Of a stretch of DNA of 33,084 nucleotides, positions 23,266 through 33,084 are shown piece by piece. The translations under genes and the position numbers were made by a program. This DNA comes from Octopus bimaculoides (lineage: Eukaryota): NCBI RefSeq assembly GCF_001194135.2, contig NC_068986.1, positions 76,532,890-76,565,973 on the forward strand, written 5' to 3'. Within the stretch, counting starts at the first letter, position 1. Every line of letters starts with the position of its first letter. A model generated the notes under the pieces. The model saw only the letters and a program-made list of their open reading frames with translations, searched no databases and was not told the DNA's origin.

Positions 23266-23429
23266 TATTGTGTCTGGGGAGAGTTATTCTCTTTTATTGC
23301 CTTATTATTTAACACACTCAACAGTTCGATTTTCACTCATTTACTTTTTTTTTTTTTTTCTGAAATTTTCGTTGTGTCTTGCGACCTTTTCAGTAGTCGT
23401 TGACTGTCCGTTATCAGAGCTGCGTTCTT

Positions 23430-23760
23430 TTAGTTTGTTTGTGCGCATGTGTACGTCAGTGTGCATGTGTAAAACAGCTATGTGTGCATGCATGCATGCA
23501 TATGCATGTATGTATGCGCGTGTGTACGTATGTATTCTGCATATTCATGTGTTTGTGTGTTCATGTTTGTGTGTTTGTATGTGTACCTCTGTCTCCTTGT
23601 GTGTGCATGTTTGAGTGTATGAGTTTGTGTGACTATGTACGTGTGTCTTATGTATGGAGGTGTGTCTCCATATGTGTCCTTGTGTGCGTGTGTATATAGT
23701 CATGTTTCGGTCTTCATTTGTGAATGTGTGTGCTTGTCTGTCCGTATTACCTATGTACCT
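23430..23760. repeat. Degenerate GT/TGCA-rich low-complexity tract
   Basis: Direct reading. Confidence 0.85.
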
Positions 23761-24196
23761 GTCCATTTACCCCCACCCCATCCACATGTGTGTGTGTGTT
23801 TGTGTGTCTGTATAACAGCCTACTAACAACTCTACGTGTGTATATATAAACTGTGGGTATTGGGGGAATGACTACCTTCTACGTATATTTCCTATTTAGT
23901 ACTGGAGATGTTTCATTTATGAGGACATACTCCTGTATTTGTCTCAGTGTTGGGTCCTTCGGGTGCTTGGATAAAATGTGGGTGTCAAATTGACCCAGGG
24001 TGCCTCCATGTTGGTCTTTGACATGGTGGTAGAGTATGGAGGACTGTATTTAGTCGTCATAAAGGATTATCATAACTGTTCTTGACAATGTATAAAGGAC
24101 TGCGTAATACAGTTGTTCCTTTTCTGAAGATTCGAGGAAAATTTGCTTGCTATTTCTAGCATGTTGGTCATCCGTTTCAGACGCTCGCTTGTTGAC

Positions 24197-24811
24197 TTTG
24201 TGTAAATGTAGTTACACAAAGACCTGTCAGTTTGGAGTTAGTTAACGGGGGTTATCTCCCTTAAACCAATAATCCTCGCGCACTTTTGGACAGTTACACG
24301 GGATAGTGTAGCCAAATGTAGGCGTTAGATCTGTTACAAAACAACATCCAAATTCCATCATACCACAGAATGCCGTCTTTAAAAGGTTGACCCTTTTAAA
24401 CCTCAGTAATGTGACCGGGTTCCCTCCTCATAGAGAAATGATGCGATGGTTTTGATTGGAATACCGCCGATCCGTGCTACGTCAACGTCACCACCATCAC
24501 CACCCACAACAACACCAAGCCGAATCTACGACGCAGTTTGCTGCTACATTGCATAAACCACTTATGTTTTGGTGAAGGGCGTTGACAGTTTGGTTTTATT
24601 TTGACAGCTTGTCCAGCACGCGGTTATTTTTCTTTACTTCTGTTGCTTCAACGTTCTGTGGTCTGTATGTGAACTTTTATGTAAAGTGTGTGTGTGTGCG
24701 CGTGTGTTAAGTCTCTGTGTATATGTGTGCTTTTGCGCAATTGTAGACATAGTGAAGTCAGTAATTAGTATATTTAATACAATGAGTATTAAAAAGTTAA
24801 TTAGAGATATT
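24197..24811. promoter_or_regulatory. CpG-rich promoter-like block
   Basis: About 23 CpG in ~560 bp by eye; ATTGG at 24455-24459, CCAAT at ~24265, tandem ACGTCA at 24479-24490; possible donor T|GTATGT at 24665. Confidence 0.35.
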
Positions 24812-25107
24812 TAAGTGGTGAAGAAAAAATATTAATCATTGACATTGTTTTCACTATTTCAACAAGCACGGGAGACAATTCTGAGCTAGCTTTAGCATTA
24901 TTAGATCTCGTCAACAAACTATAGACTTCAAATTTATAATAATGTACACTGCTTGGTATAGAAATATAAAAAAAATGTTTACTGGATAAATTATTCAGAG
25001 AACCATCAGCATGAAAATAAAACTATAATCAATTTAGAGTTAATATAGTCAACGAAAGGCGTATAAAAAAAATTAGAAAAAACAAAACAGTATTAGTCAA
25101 TGACCAA

Positions 25108-25660
25108 GGATCTTTTTTAAAACGGGGGCCACATTTTTCATTAATGTTTTACGTAGTGCTTTTGGTACCGAAAGACTTTCAAACTTAGTATACTTATCTA
25201 TTTTGTGTTATAGAACAGAAAAATATTTTTGTATTCGAATTTATTTCATGTAAAAAATTGTCTTATTTCGATAATTTCAACCAATCACTGACGTCCATTC
25301 AGCCGATATAATTAAGTGCCGACTACATAAACAAACGATTCTTCGTTTTATTTGCTTTTTTCATTTTAAATTTGCTTTAACCCTAACCCTAACTCTAACC
25401 CTAGGGTTAGGGTTAGGGTTAATTGTTTCAGAATCGTTTGTTTATGTAGTCGGCACTTAATGTATATCGGCTGAATGGACGTCAGTGATTGGTTGAAATT
25501 ACAGAAATACGACAACTTTAACATGGAATAATTTATGGATTTCTTTTTTTAAAAAGAAGACTAAGAGAAAAAGATGTTTTATATGACACATTCTACCAGT
25601 GTTCCAAGTTTCAAAGTGTTTCGTTAATGAAAAGTGTGGCCCCCGTTTTAAAAAAGATCC
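25108..25660. mobile_element. Foldback MITE, 553 bp, 8-bp TSD (ATGACCAA), GG termini; Merlin-like or MULE-like
   Basis: TIR GGATCTTTTTTAAAACGGGGGCCACA at both ends; TSDs 25100-25107 and 25661-25668; inner inverted arms 25273-25341 / 25431-25500; telomeric palindrome 25377-25422. Confidence 0.93.
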
Positions 25661-25687
25661 ATGACCAATATTATTTTGAGTGTATTG

Positions 25688-26043
25688 GTCAGAAGTTTGC
25701 TTCTAAATCATCTAGTTCTGGATTCAGTCCCACTGTGTAGAACCTCGGGCAAATGTCTTTTACTATAGTCCTGTACCCACCAAAGCCCTATGGGTGGATT
25801 TTTAAGGATGGATATTGAAAGAAGCCCGTCATATATGTGTATGTGTGCGTGTCTGTGTGTCCGTCCATTACCGCTTGACAACCAGTTTCTCTTTGTTTAA
25901 ATCAGCAGTTGTCAAAAAAGATCGATATAGTGAGTACCAGGCTTAAAAAGAAATAAGCACTTGGGTCAATTTGTTCGACTAAACCCCTCAAGGTGATATT
26001 CTAGCATGGCTGTAGTCCAATGACTAAAACAAAAGATGAAAGA
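25688..26043 (+). mobile_element. SINE family B
   Basis: GGATTCAGTCCCACTG...CTCGGGCAAATG...GAAAGAAGCCCGTC...ATGACTAAAAC. Confidence 0.82.
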
Positions 26044-26508
26044 TCACATGTTGAAATTGCAGAAATAAAGGGAAATAATTTTGATTGGAAAAACTGTGAT
26101 ATTAGATACAATGTCACATAACTATAGAGTAAATTGGAAAATGGAGATGTAACTAAACGGCACATATTTGGTGTATCAGCTCTTTTACAAACCGTTACTC
26201 AACAAGAGGCCTTTTGCATTCACTAACTACTCAACTTGGAGGTAGAATTGGAGGTTCTGTTTGTTCAGTGAAGGAAACTGAAGAAGCAGTTATGTCCCTT
26301 GGTCGTACAAAACTATGTTTAATGTAGTAACAAGTGATCTCGTGGCATTTTGGTCAGTTGTTCACCTGACAACATGTCCTAATTCTAACCATTCATATAT
26401 ATTTTATTTTAGGTTAGTAGACAGACACAATGTACTGCTTATTAAATTATTATCCTCATCATAAATAAGTGTTGACACTAACTAGTACTAGTTATTTGTG
26501 TGTGGGGG

Positions 26509-27290
26509 TGTACTTGTCTCTCCTTATTACCCATGTACCTATCTATCTGTTTATCTACATATCCTACATACATACACACACACGTGTGTGTTTGTTATCT
26601 ATATAATAGCCTACTAACAACTGTGTATATATAAACTGTGCATATTGGGATATGACTACCTTCTATGTATATTACCTATTTAGTACTGGAGATGTTTCAT
26701 TTATGAGGACGTACTTCTGTATTTGTTTGAGTGTTGGGTCCTTCGGGTGCTTGGATAAAATGCTGACATCAAGTTGACCCAAGGTGTCTCCATGGTCTTT
26801 GACATGGTGGTAGAGTATGGAGGACTGTTTTTAGTCGTCATAAAGAATTATCATAATTGTTCTTGACAATGTATAAAGGACTGTGTAATACAGTAGCTCC
26901 TTTTCTGAAGATGATGGGATGTAATTTGAGGAAAATTTGCTTGCTATTTCTAGCATGTTGGTCAACCGTTTCAGATGCTTGCTCGTTGACCTAAGTGGTG
27001 AAGAAAAAATATTAATCATTGACATTGTTTTACCTCTTTCAACAAGCATGGGAGGCAATTCTGAGCCAGCTTTTAGTACTAATAGATCTCGTCAACAAAC
27101 CATAGACTTCAAATTTATAATAATGTACAGTGCTTGGTAGAGAAATATAAAAAAATGTTTACTGGATAAATTATTCTGAGAACCACTATCATGAAAATAA
27201 AACGATTATTAATTTAGAGTTAATATTCAACGAAAGGAGTATAAAAAAAAATTAGAAAAAACAAAACAGTATTAGTTAATGATCAATATT
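26509..27290 (+). repeat. Local direct duplication, copy 2 (lacks the CpG block and the MITE)
   Basis: Joins GTTGACC to TAAGTGG (~26990); single ATGATCAA at 27279-27286 is the empty MITE site. Confidence 0.92.
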
Positions 27291-27524
27291 CTTTTCTTTA
27301 TACACGTTACGTACTTGTATCAATGCAGCCTTCTCTCTTGCACACTACTTCTGATTCCTCAAATTCTATTTTTCTCACAGCTCATTTGTATTCCTATCAT
27401 TCATGCACACTAGTATTACACATCCAGCAGAGCAAACTTACTTCATTCCTTTCTAGTTTTCTTAAATCTTCGGCTTTCAAAGCTCATGTCTTACTGCCAT
27501 GCAACATTGTGTTAAATATTTTTG

Positions 27525-27670
27525 TTTCAAATTTTGGCAGAAGGCCAGCAACTTCAGGGGAGTTGGAAGTCGATTACATCGACCCCACTGCTCAAATCAT
27601 ACTTATTTTATTGACCTCAATAGGATGAAAGGCAAAGTTGGCCTTGGCGGAATTTGAACTCAGAATGTTG
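27525..27670 (-). mobile_element. SINE family C 3' part
   Basis: GATTACATCGACCCCA...GGATGAAAGGCAAAG...GCGGAATTTGAACTCAGAA. Confidence 0.8.
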
Positions 27671-28090
27671 CATTAAATATATTGATATTAAATTAGTGTT
27701 TTGACCTACTTTGCCAAAGAGTCAGAGGTTATATCTTCTCATCAATGCTGTTCATTGTATTAAATATGTAAACAACTAAATAACTGTTATGGGCTACTGA
27801 ACAAAGGGTTGAAGGTTATGTCTTATCAGTAGTGTTATTAAAATAACTTTCAATGATCCAGTCTACCAAGTAATAAATAGCTTCTTTAGAGGAGTTAAGA
27901 TGACTTCTGTAAGTAGGAAAAGACAATAATAATAATAATGATGATAATAATAATAATGTTTCTAATTTAGCAAAAGACTAGTAATTTGAATGGAATTTAG
28001 TTGACTACATCAACCCAGTTCTTGACTTGGTATTATATTTTATCAACCCTAGAGTAAAGTTGATCTTGGTATGATTTGAACTCATAATGT

Positions 28091-29413
28091 AGATAGCTCT
28101 CTGCTTAACACCTTGGTTAAAATCTTGAACTTTGTAATAAGCAGAGTTAGGAACCAAAAATTATCAATGTGATTTCTTCTGTCTTGGTCCTTTCTCAACT
28201 GTGCCACTACTCTTCAATTCACAGAAATGGGAATTCTCTCATTCTGCTGCTAGTTGTAGACATCTACCAAGAGGTTGCCACGCATGTCTGGTATATAGAT
28301 ATAAAGCTTGTTGGACAGACCATTCAAACCAAGAAATTTGCTTCTGATACAGCTCGTCATTACTTCCTATATTTCAGTGCCTGTCTCAGCCTTTTTCCAC
28401 ACTTCTCCTTCAGTACCTAGAGTTGCTGAAGGCCATTTTGCTATCTCCCTCCATTCGTCCTGAACATTCAAGCTAAGTGCCACTGAAAAGCAGCAAATAT
28501 TGCTTAAAATCAAATAGCATGCACTCATCATAGTCTGCTAAATATCAAATTGTAGCTTTCTTGTCAGTTTTCCCCCTCACCACCAGGGCTCATCAAATAA
28601 CTTCCATTCCTTCATCATCATCATCATCACCATCATATGTCTGTCTTCTATGCTAGCATGGAATGTACACTTAGATCTGACAAAACAACCTTCATATTTT
28701 GTTTTGAAGAAATTGTCAAGGGCCAGTCTTGCCACCAGCATGTCAGTCATGATGCCTTTTCTGAGCACCTATTTTTGGTTTCTAATTAGGTGTCCCTTTA
28801 GTCTAGTTTTTTCTATCACTAATTTATTACAAAACCTTATTGATTCTATTCTTTTGCCATTCTCAATGTGAACCATAATTAACTAATTTGCTAATCTGGT
28901 CTTTGTAACCTGATTTGGTTTGTCCATGTCGACATTTTCACATTCCCGATATCCAGTCAGACAGTTGGAAATATCTGAGAAGGTTTGCCAGGTTTACCCT
29001 TCTATCAAATGTGCATACAAAATGGCAATCCAGTCACCCACTAGCTATGGAGAGTGTGATGTTCCTAGGAAGACCCCCAGATGCCTGAAGAAACTCAGTT
29101 ACTCTGCTTCTGCTTAGACATAGATGGCTATTAACCTGACGGTATGGCCTTTGCTGCTGGACATAGCCAGTATCAACAATTTACTTTCTTGCTCCAGAGA
29201 AATGATCTGTATCATGAGATCTAGATCTTTCTAAAACCTCAAGCTTTCTGATCCCAGATGACTTGAAGACGCATATACTTCATAGCTGTTAAAGACTTTG
29301 TGCCTCAGAAATTCTGGTCTCACTATGGCCACTACATCTATATCTAGTGATCTGAGGATGTCAAGAAAATGGTCTTGATTCATAGGCAACTCTTTGTATT
29401 CACATATATTCAT
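28091..29413 (-). pseudogene. Tx1/L1-type LINE ORF2 N-terminal half: APE endonuclease, linker, start of RT
   Basis: LRSLDIDVVAI..; VRLIAIY; SFFRHL; LVGDW (APE); RLALDNFF..KYEGCFVRS (linker); KFLGLNGL..LY..PD...LL..VY..QQNERIP; LRKD...DNF...TLL.TKFKILTKVLS (RT start). Confidence 0.85.
28611..28661 (-). mobile_element. Short SINE A/RTE 3' tail inserted into the Tx1 relic
   Basis: Minus strand CCATGCTAGCATAGAAGACAGACATATGATGGTGATGATG. Confidence 0.65.
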
Positions 29414-30007
29414 ACTGTCTATTCTGAGTAAGTTGGATAAAAAGGGGAAAAGTGAGAAAGACTACTTAAAAGGACAGGTATTCCCTCCTTCCAGCTAGTT
29501 GTGGGTGTTTCCATGAGTAACTCATTGTAGAGTTATTTGTTAATATTCCTTTAGAAATCTCCCATTCCAATGGGATATTTAGTTTTTTTAAAGGCTGCAT
29601 GCGTTTTGTGTTGTTTTGATGATTTTATGTGTCGTAATATTTGTTGGTGTGATGTAGTCATCATGTGTGGCGTTTGTATATTGATGTAAGTGGTTCATTA
29701 ATTTTTTTATTGTTGTTTGTATCTGTGGTCATGTAGTTAATTCTTTTTCTTTTTGTTTATGTTGCAGGTACTGTTCTTGTTGTTGCTGCTATAAATTAGA
29801 TTGTTTGTGCTTGTTGTGGTGTTTGCAGTGTTAGTGGCATCAAAAGGTGGTGGTGGTGGTGATAATGATGGCGTTCATAGTACTGATGTCATTGTAAAGA
29901 TGATACTGGTGTATCATTTTTTTAAATGCATCCCTCCCTTTCCTGACTGCTATTAGTCATTGCTATGATGGTGGTGCTATGTAGTGGGAGGTTTTGACTA
30001 TGATTAC

Positions 30008-30203
30008 CTCCAACTCTCCCCTGTTGCTGGCCGGTTGGCAAGGATGTAAACATGAATTCTATTTTGGAAGTTCTTTTGCCTTGCTTGAAAATTTTCTTTT
30101 CAAAATTTTGCCTCACAGGGTGAGTAACAAAAGGTAATTCACCAGTTCTTGATAATCCTGGTTGATTTAACAAGAAGATAATAAAATTAACAAGCATAAC
30201 TGC
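30008..30203 (-). CDS. Candidate 196-nt exon of an unknown host gene (unverified; a + strand alternative exists)
   Basis: Strong acceptor TTTGTTTTCCTTTCCAG|, donor GAG|GTAATC, one open frame (AVMLVNF...QQGRVG); no homology recognised. Confidence 0.25.
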
Positions 30204-30281
30204 CTGGAAAGGAAAACAAAGCACTAATTTACAGCACTACTAAAATACATTCAACTGCCTATCTAAAAAAACCCCATCTTT

Positions 30282-30476
30282 TATCTTTTATTTGTTTCAG
30301 TCATTGAACTGTCGCCATGCTGGGGCACCATATAGAAGGGTTTTACTTGAACAAATTGACCCCCATACTCATTTTTTAAAGCCTGATACTTATTCTATTG
30401 GTCTCTTTTGCTGAACTGCTAAGTTGTGAGAACAGCACTGGTTATTAAGCAGTGGGGAGGGAGGGGGGAACATACA
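30282..30476 (-). mobile_element. SINE family B 3' half
   Basis: TTTGTTTCAGTCATTG...CCATGCTGGGGCACC...ACTTATTCTATTGGTCTCTTTTG. Confidence 0.8.
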
Positions 30477-30639
30477 GCTATATACATATATTTTCTTTTC
30501 CAATTGTGGTGGTCAAATATCTCCTCAATGGCAAGACACCTATTTCTAACCTGCTGTTATACTTTAACCTCTCAACTGGCACAAAGCCACCTCCCTCAGT
30601 ATAAAACCCACTTCCCAGTTGTAAATTACTTGGTGGCTC

Positions 30640-30823
30640 CCACTGGTTGTGGAGCCAGGTAAAAAGCTATGCTGCTGGTGCCACATTAAAAGCACCCAAT
30701 ACACTCTGTAGAAATCATGCCAAAGCAGACAATGGAGTTTGGTGCAGTTCCCTGGGTTGTCAGCTCCTGTCAAACTGTCCAATCCATGCCAGCATGGAAA
30801 ATTGATATTAAATGATGGTGATG
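30640..30823 (+). mobile_element. SINE family A, internally deleted
   Basis: AAAAGCACCCAATACACTCT, CCATGCCAGCATGG, GAT tail. Confidence 0.78.
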
Positions 30824-30834
30824 CACACACACAT

Positions 30835-30980
30835 TTCAGTTGCCATCTAACAAATCCACTCACAAGGCTTAGGTTGACCTGGGGCTATATAATATGTGAC
30901 GCTTGCCTAAAGTGCCATGTAGTGAAACTGAACCCAGAACCTGGTGGTTGAGAGGTAAACTTCTTACCACACAGCCATGT
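30835..30980 (-). mobile_element. SINE family B 5' half
   Basis: CAAATCCACTCACAAGGC...ACTGAACCCAGAACC...CTTACCACACAGCCATG. Confidence 0.78.
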
Positions 30981-31005
30981 TCTGTGCTTATAAAAACAAA
31001 AAGGC

Positions 31006-31036
<31 letters not shown>

Positions 31037-31832
31037 CATTTGCTTTGATATTTTAGAATATTTGATAACCTGAAGTATAAATAAATGTAAAAGGAGGAGT
31101 GTAGCTGTAAAATGAGGAATATTCATGAGATTAGTTTCATTAATTAGTGTAACATGATAACAGCTTAATGAAAGAAAATTCTGTAGCGATGAGAGGTTGG
31201 TATAATGGAACTTTATTGCAGGAAAAGGATGCAAAATAATTTACATTCATTCATTAAGTAAATTAGGTAAATGGAATAAATTTCCTCTTATCTGTAATTT
31301 TACCTTGTTTTCTGCAAAATAAAAAACAGCAACAAATAAAGTAAATTTTTTCCATTTTACAATTATCTTAAAACATTATAGATTTATTGAGTTCATGGTT
31401 AACAACTTAAATGTGAAGCAATCTAATGCATTAAATAAATTCCTTCTTTACCATAGAATAAGTATCAGGCTTAAAAATAAGTACTTGGGTCAAGGCAGTG
31501 TCCCAGCATGGCCCCAGTCAAATGACTGAAGTAAATTAAAGGTAAAGGGTAAAAGTTAATATTCCCTAACTGGTTTCAGTCATTGAATTCTGACCATAAT
31601 GAGGCAGCACTTTTAGGGATTTTTGTTGATATATAGGTGCAGGCATGACCATGTGGATAAGAATTTCACTTTACAACCATGTGGTTTCAGGTTCAGTCCT
31701 ACTGTGTGGCACCTTGGACAAGTGCCTTCTACTACAGCCTTGGGCTAGCCAATACCTGTGAGTGAATTTAGTAGATGGAAACTGTGTGCAAGTCCAGTGT
31801 GTGTGTGTGTGAGTTATATATATACATACATA

Positions 31833-32010
31833 CACAGTCTGCCTAAAAATGTATACACACTTCAGGAAAAGAAAAAAATATTTTTATTCAGTGTTATCAT
31901 AATTTGATAAAACATCGAAAGAGATATTTATATTTACAGAGATACTTACACAAGATGAATATGTTCACAGAAATTTCCTTTTCTGAAGTATGTATACATT
32001 TTTGTGGTAG

Positions 32011-32016
<6 letters not shown>
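31833..32016. mobile_element. Tc1/mariner-type MITE, ~184 bp
   Basis: TIRs CACAGTCTGCCTAAAAATGTATACACACTTCAG versus reverse complement CAGAGTCTACCACAAAAATGTATACATACTTCAG; TA on the left. Confidence 0.8.
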
Positions 32017-32051
<35 letters not shown>

Positions 32052-32058
<7 letters not shown>

Positions 32059-32240
32059 GATCAAAACAGTTTGATTCAAATTCGTTGGTACTCTTGAGTT
32101 TCAAGTATCATTGCTGATGACTAGCATCATACTTGAAACTCAAGAGTACCAACGAATTTGAGTCAAACTGTTTTGATCCATACATGTAACTCCCAATAAA
32201 TTGGTTGAGTGCCCTTCTTTCATTTGTCCACTCACTCGTA
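32052..32240 (+). mobile_element. 57-bp-arm hairpin element with hammerhead-like core; putative PLE terminal repeat with an inverted 5' copy
   Basis: Arms 32052-32108 / 32129-32185 differ at one position; CTGATGA 32114-32120, GAAAC-TCAAGA-GTA 32135-32148, downstream AATAAA. Confidence 0.6.
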
Positions 32241-32800
32241 TGTGTGTGTGTGTGTGTGTGTGTTTGTCAACCACACTTAACAACTTGTGTTGGCTTGTTT
32301 ATATCCCTGTAACTTAATTGTTTGGCAAAAAGACTAATAGAATAAGTATTAGACTTCAAAACAGAAAAAAAACAACAAAAAAGCCCTGTAAGTGCTGGGC
32401 ATGATTAGTTCTGCTAAAACCCTTCAAAGCATTATCCTCCCCAAAAGGCAGTAGTCCAATGACTGAAACAAATGAAATATAAACAATAAAAGATAAAGAT
32501 ATATTGACCTCAGAACTTAGTCTGATATATATTTTATCAGTCTCAAGGACACAAGGCAAAACTGAGCAAGCATACAGAGGACAAACATAACTAGGTATTT
32601 TTGTTCAATGCACCAATTTCTGAAATCCCATGCCAATGTACACAAACAACAATTTTTAAATAAAATTCATGATTAAGTTAATTATTTTTCCAAATATTAA
32701 TCCCAACCTTAGAGATTAGCATTCCTCCATTCCCCAATTATTTGCATTTACACTTAAATTTGAATCTTTATTGTTATCAGATATGTTACTCTGGTAAAAG

Positions 32801-32916
32801 TGCCTGGCCTAGTGGTTAGGATATTGCACTCACGATCATTAGATCATGGGTTCGATTCCTGGATCAGGTAGTGCATTGTGTTCTTGAGCAAAACACTTCA
32901 TTTCATGTTGTTTCAG
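32801..32916 (+). mobile_element. tRNA-derived SINE head (further family), truncated
   Basis: TGGCCTAGTGGTTAGG (A box), GGGTTCGATTCC (B box), TTCTTGAGCAAAACACTT. Confidence 0.7.
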
Positions 32917-32978
32917 AAATAAGGAGAGAAACAAGGAGAGACAAAATATGTGTAGTGGTCATCGATCTATCATTTCGA

Positions 32979-32988
<10 letters not shown>

Positions 32989-33053
<65 letters not shown>

Positions 33054-33084
33054 CACACACACACATAAATATATATACATATAT
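32989..33084. repeat. (CA)n/(TA)n microsatellite
   Basis: Direct reading. Confidence 0.97.

Larger units (their letters stand above)
23730..25672 (+). repeat. Local direct duplication, copy 1 (carries two blocks absent from copy 2)
   Basis: Colinear with 26509-27290, e.g. TTTAGTACTGGAGATGTTTCATTTATGAGGAC and TAAGTGGTGAAGAAAAAATATTAATCATTGACATTG. Confidence 0.92.
31635..32501 (+). mobile_element. SINE family B split by nested insertions in its internal microsatellite
   Basis: Head 31635-31810 and tail ~32250-32501 flank a MITE and the hairpin element. Confidence 0.75.

Noticed and set aside
25377-25422. Ancestral chromosome-fusion site
   Set aside because: Only about seven repeat units, located at the centre of a TSD-flanked mobile element and absent from the empty site.

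Overview
AT-rich eukaryotic genomic DNA with three scaffold N-gaps, long (CA)n/(TA)n microsatellites and dense transposon debris. The SINE set and TTAGGG repeats fit an octopus/cephalopod genome (inference, not checked). I found no intact protein-coding gene, and most listed ORFs are microsatellite, gap or antisense artefacts. Recognisable coding relics: a full-length decayed Tigger/pogo transposon (2155-4488), a Merlin (IS1595-like) transposase pseudogene (~15970-16819), a Penelope-like element (PLE) thumb/GIY-YIG fragment (20479-21189) and three Tx1/L1-type LINE ORF2 fragments. At least four SINE families (my labels A-D), several MITEs, a Helentron-associated-like element and an LTR-like segment fill the rest. 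Most interesting: (1) three distinct minimal hammerhead-ribozyme-like motifs (21552, 22621, 32114), one beside a PLE ORF and one in the loop of a 57-bp near-perfect hairpin; (2) a 553-bp foldback MITE with an 8-bp TSD and a head-to-head telomeric (TAACCC)n/(TTAGGG)n core, whose empty site survives in a local duplicate; (3) a CpG-rich promoter-like block present in only one copy of that duplicate; (4) a CpG-retaining central domain between CpG-depleted flanks. None is demonstrably a new biological system; they are testable leads.
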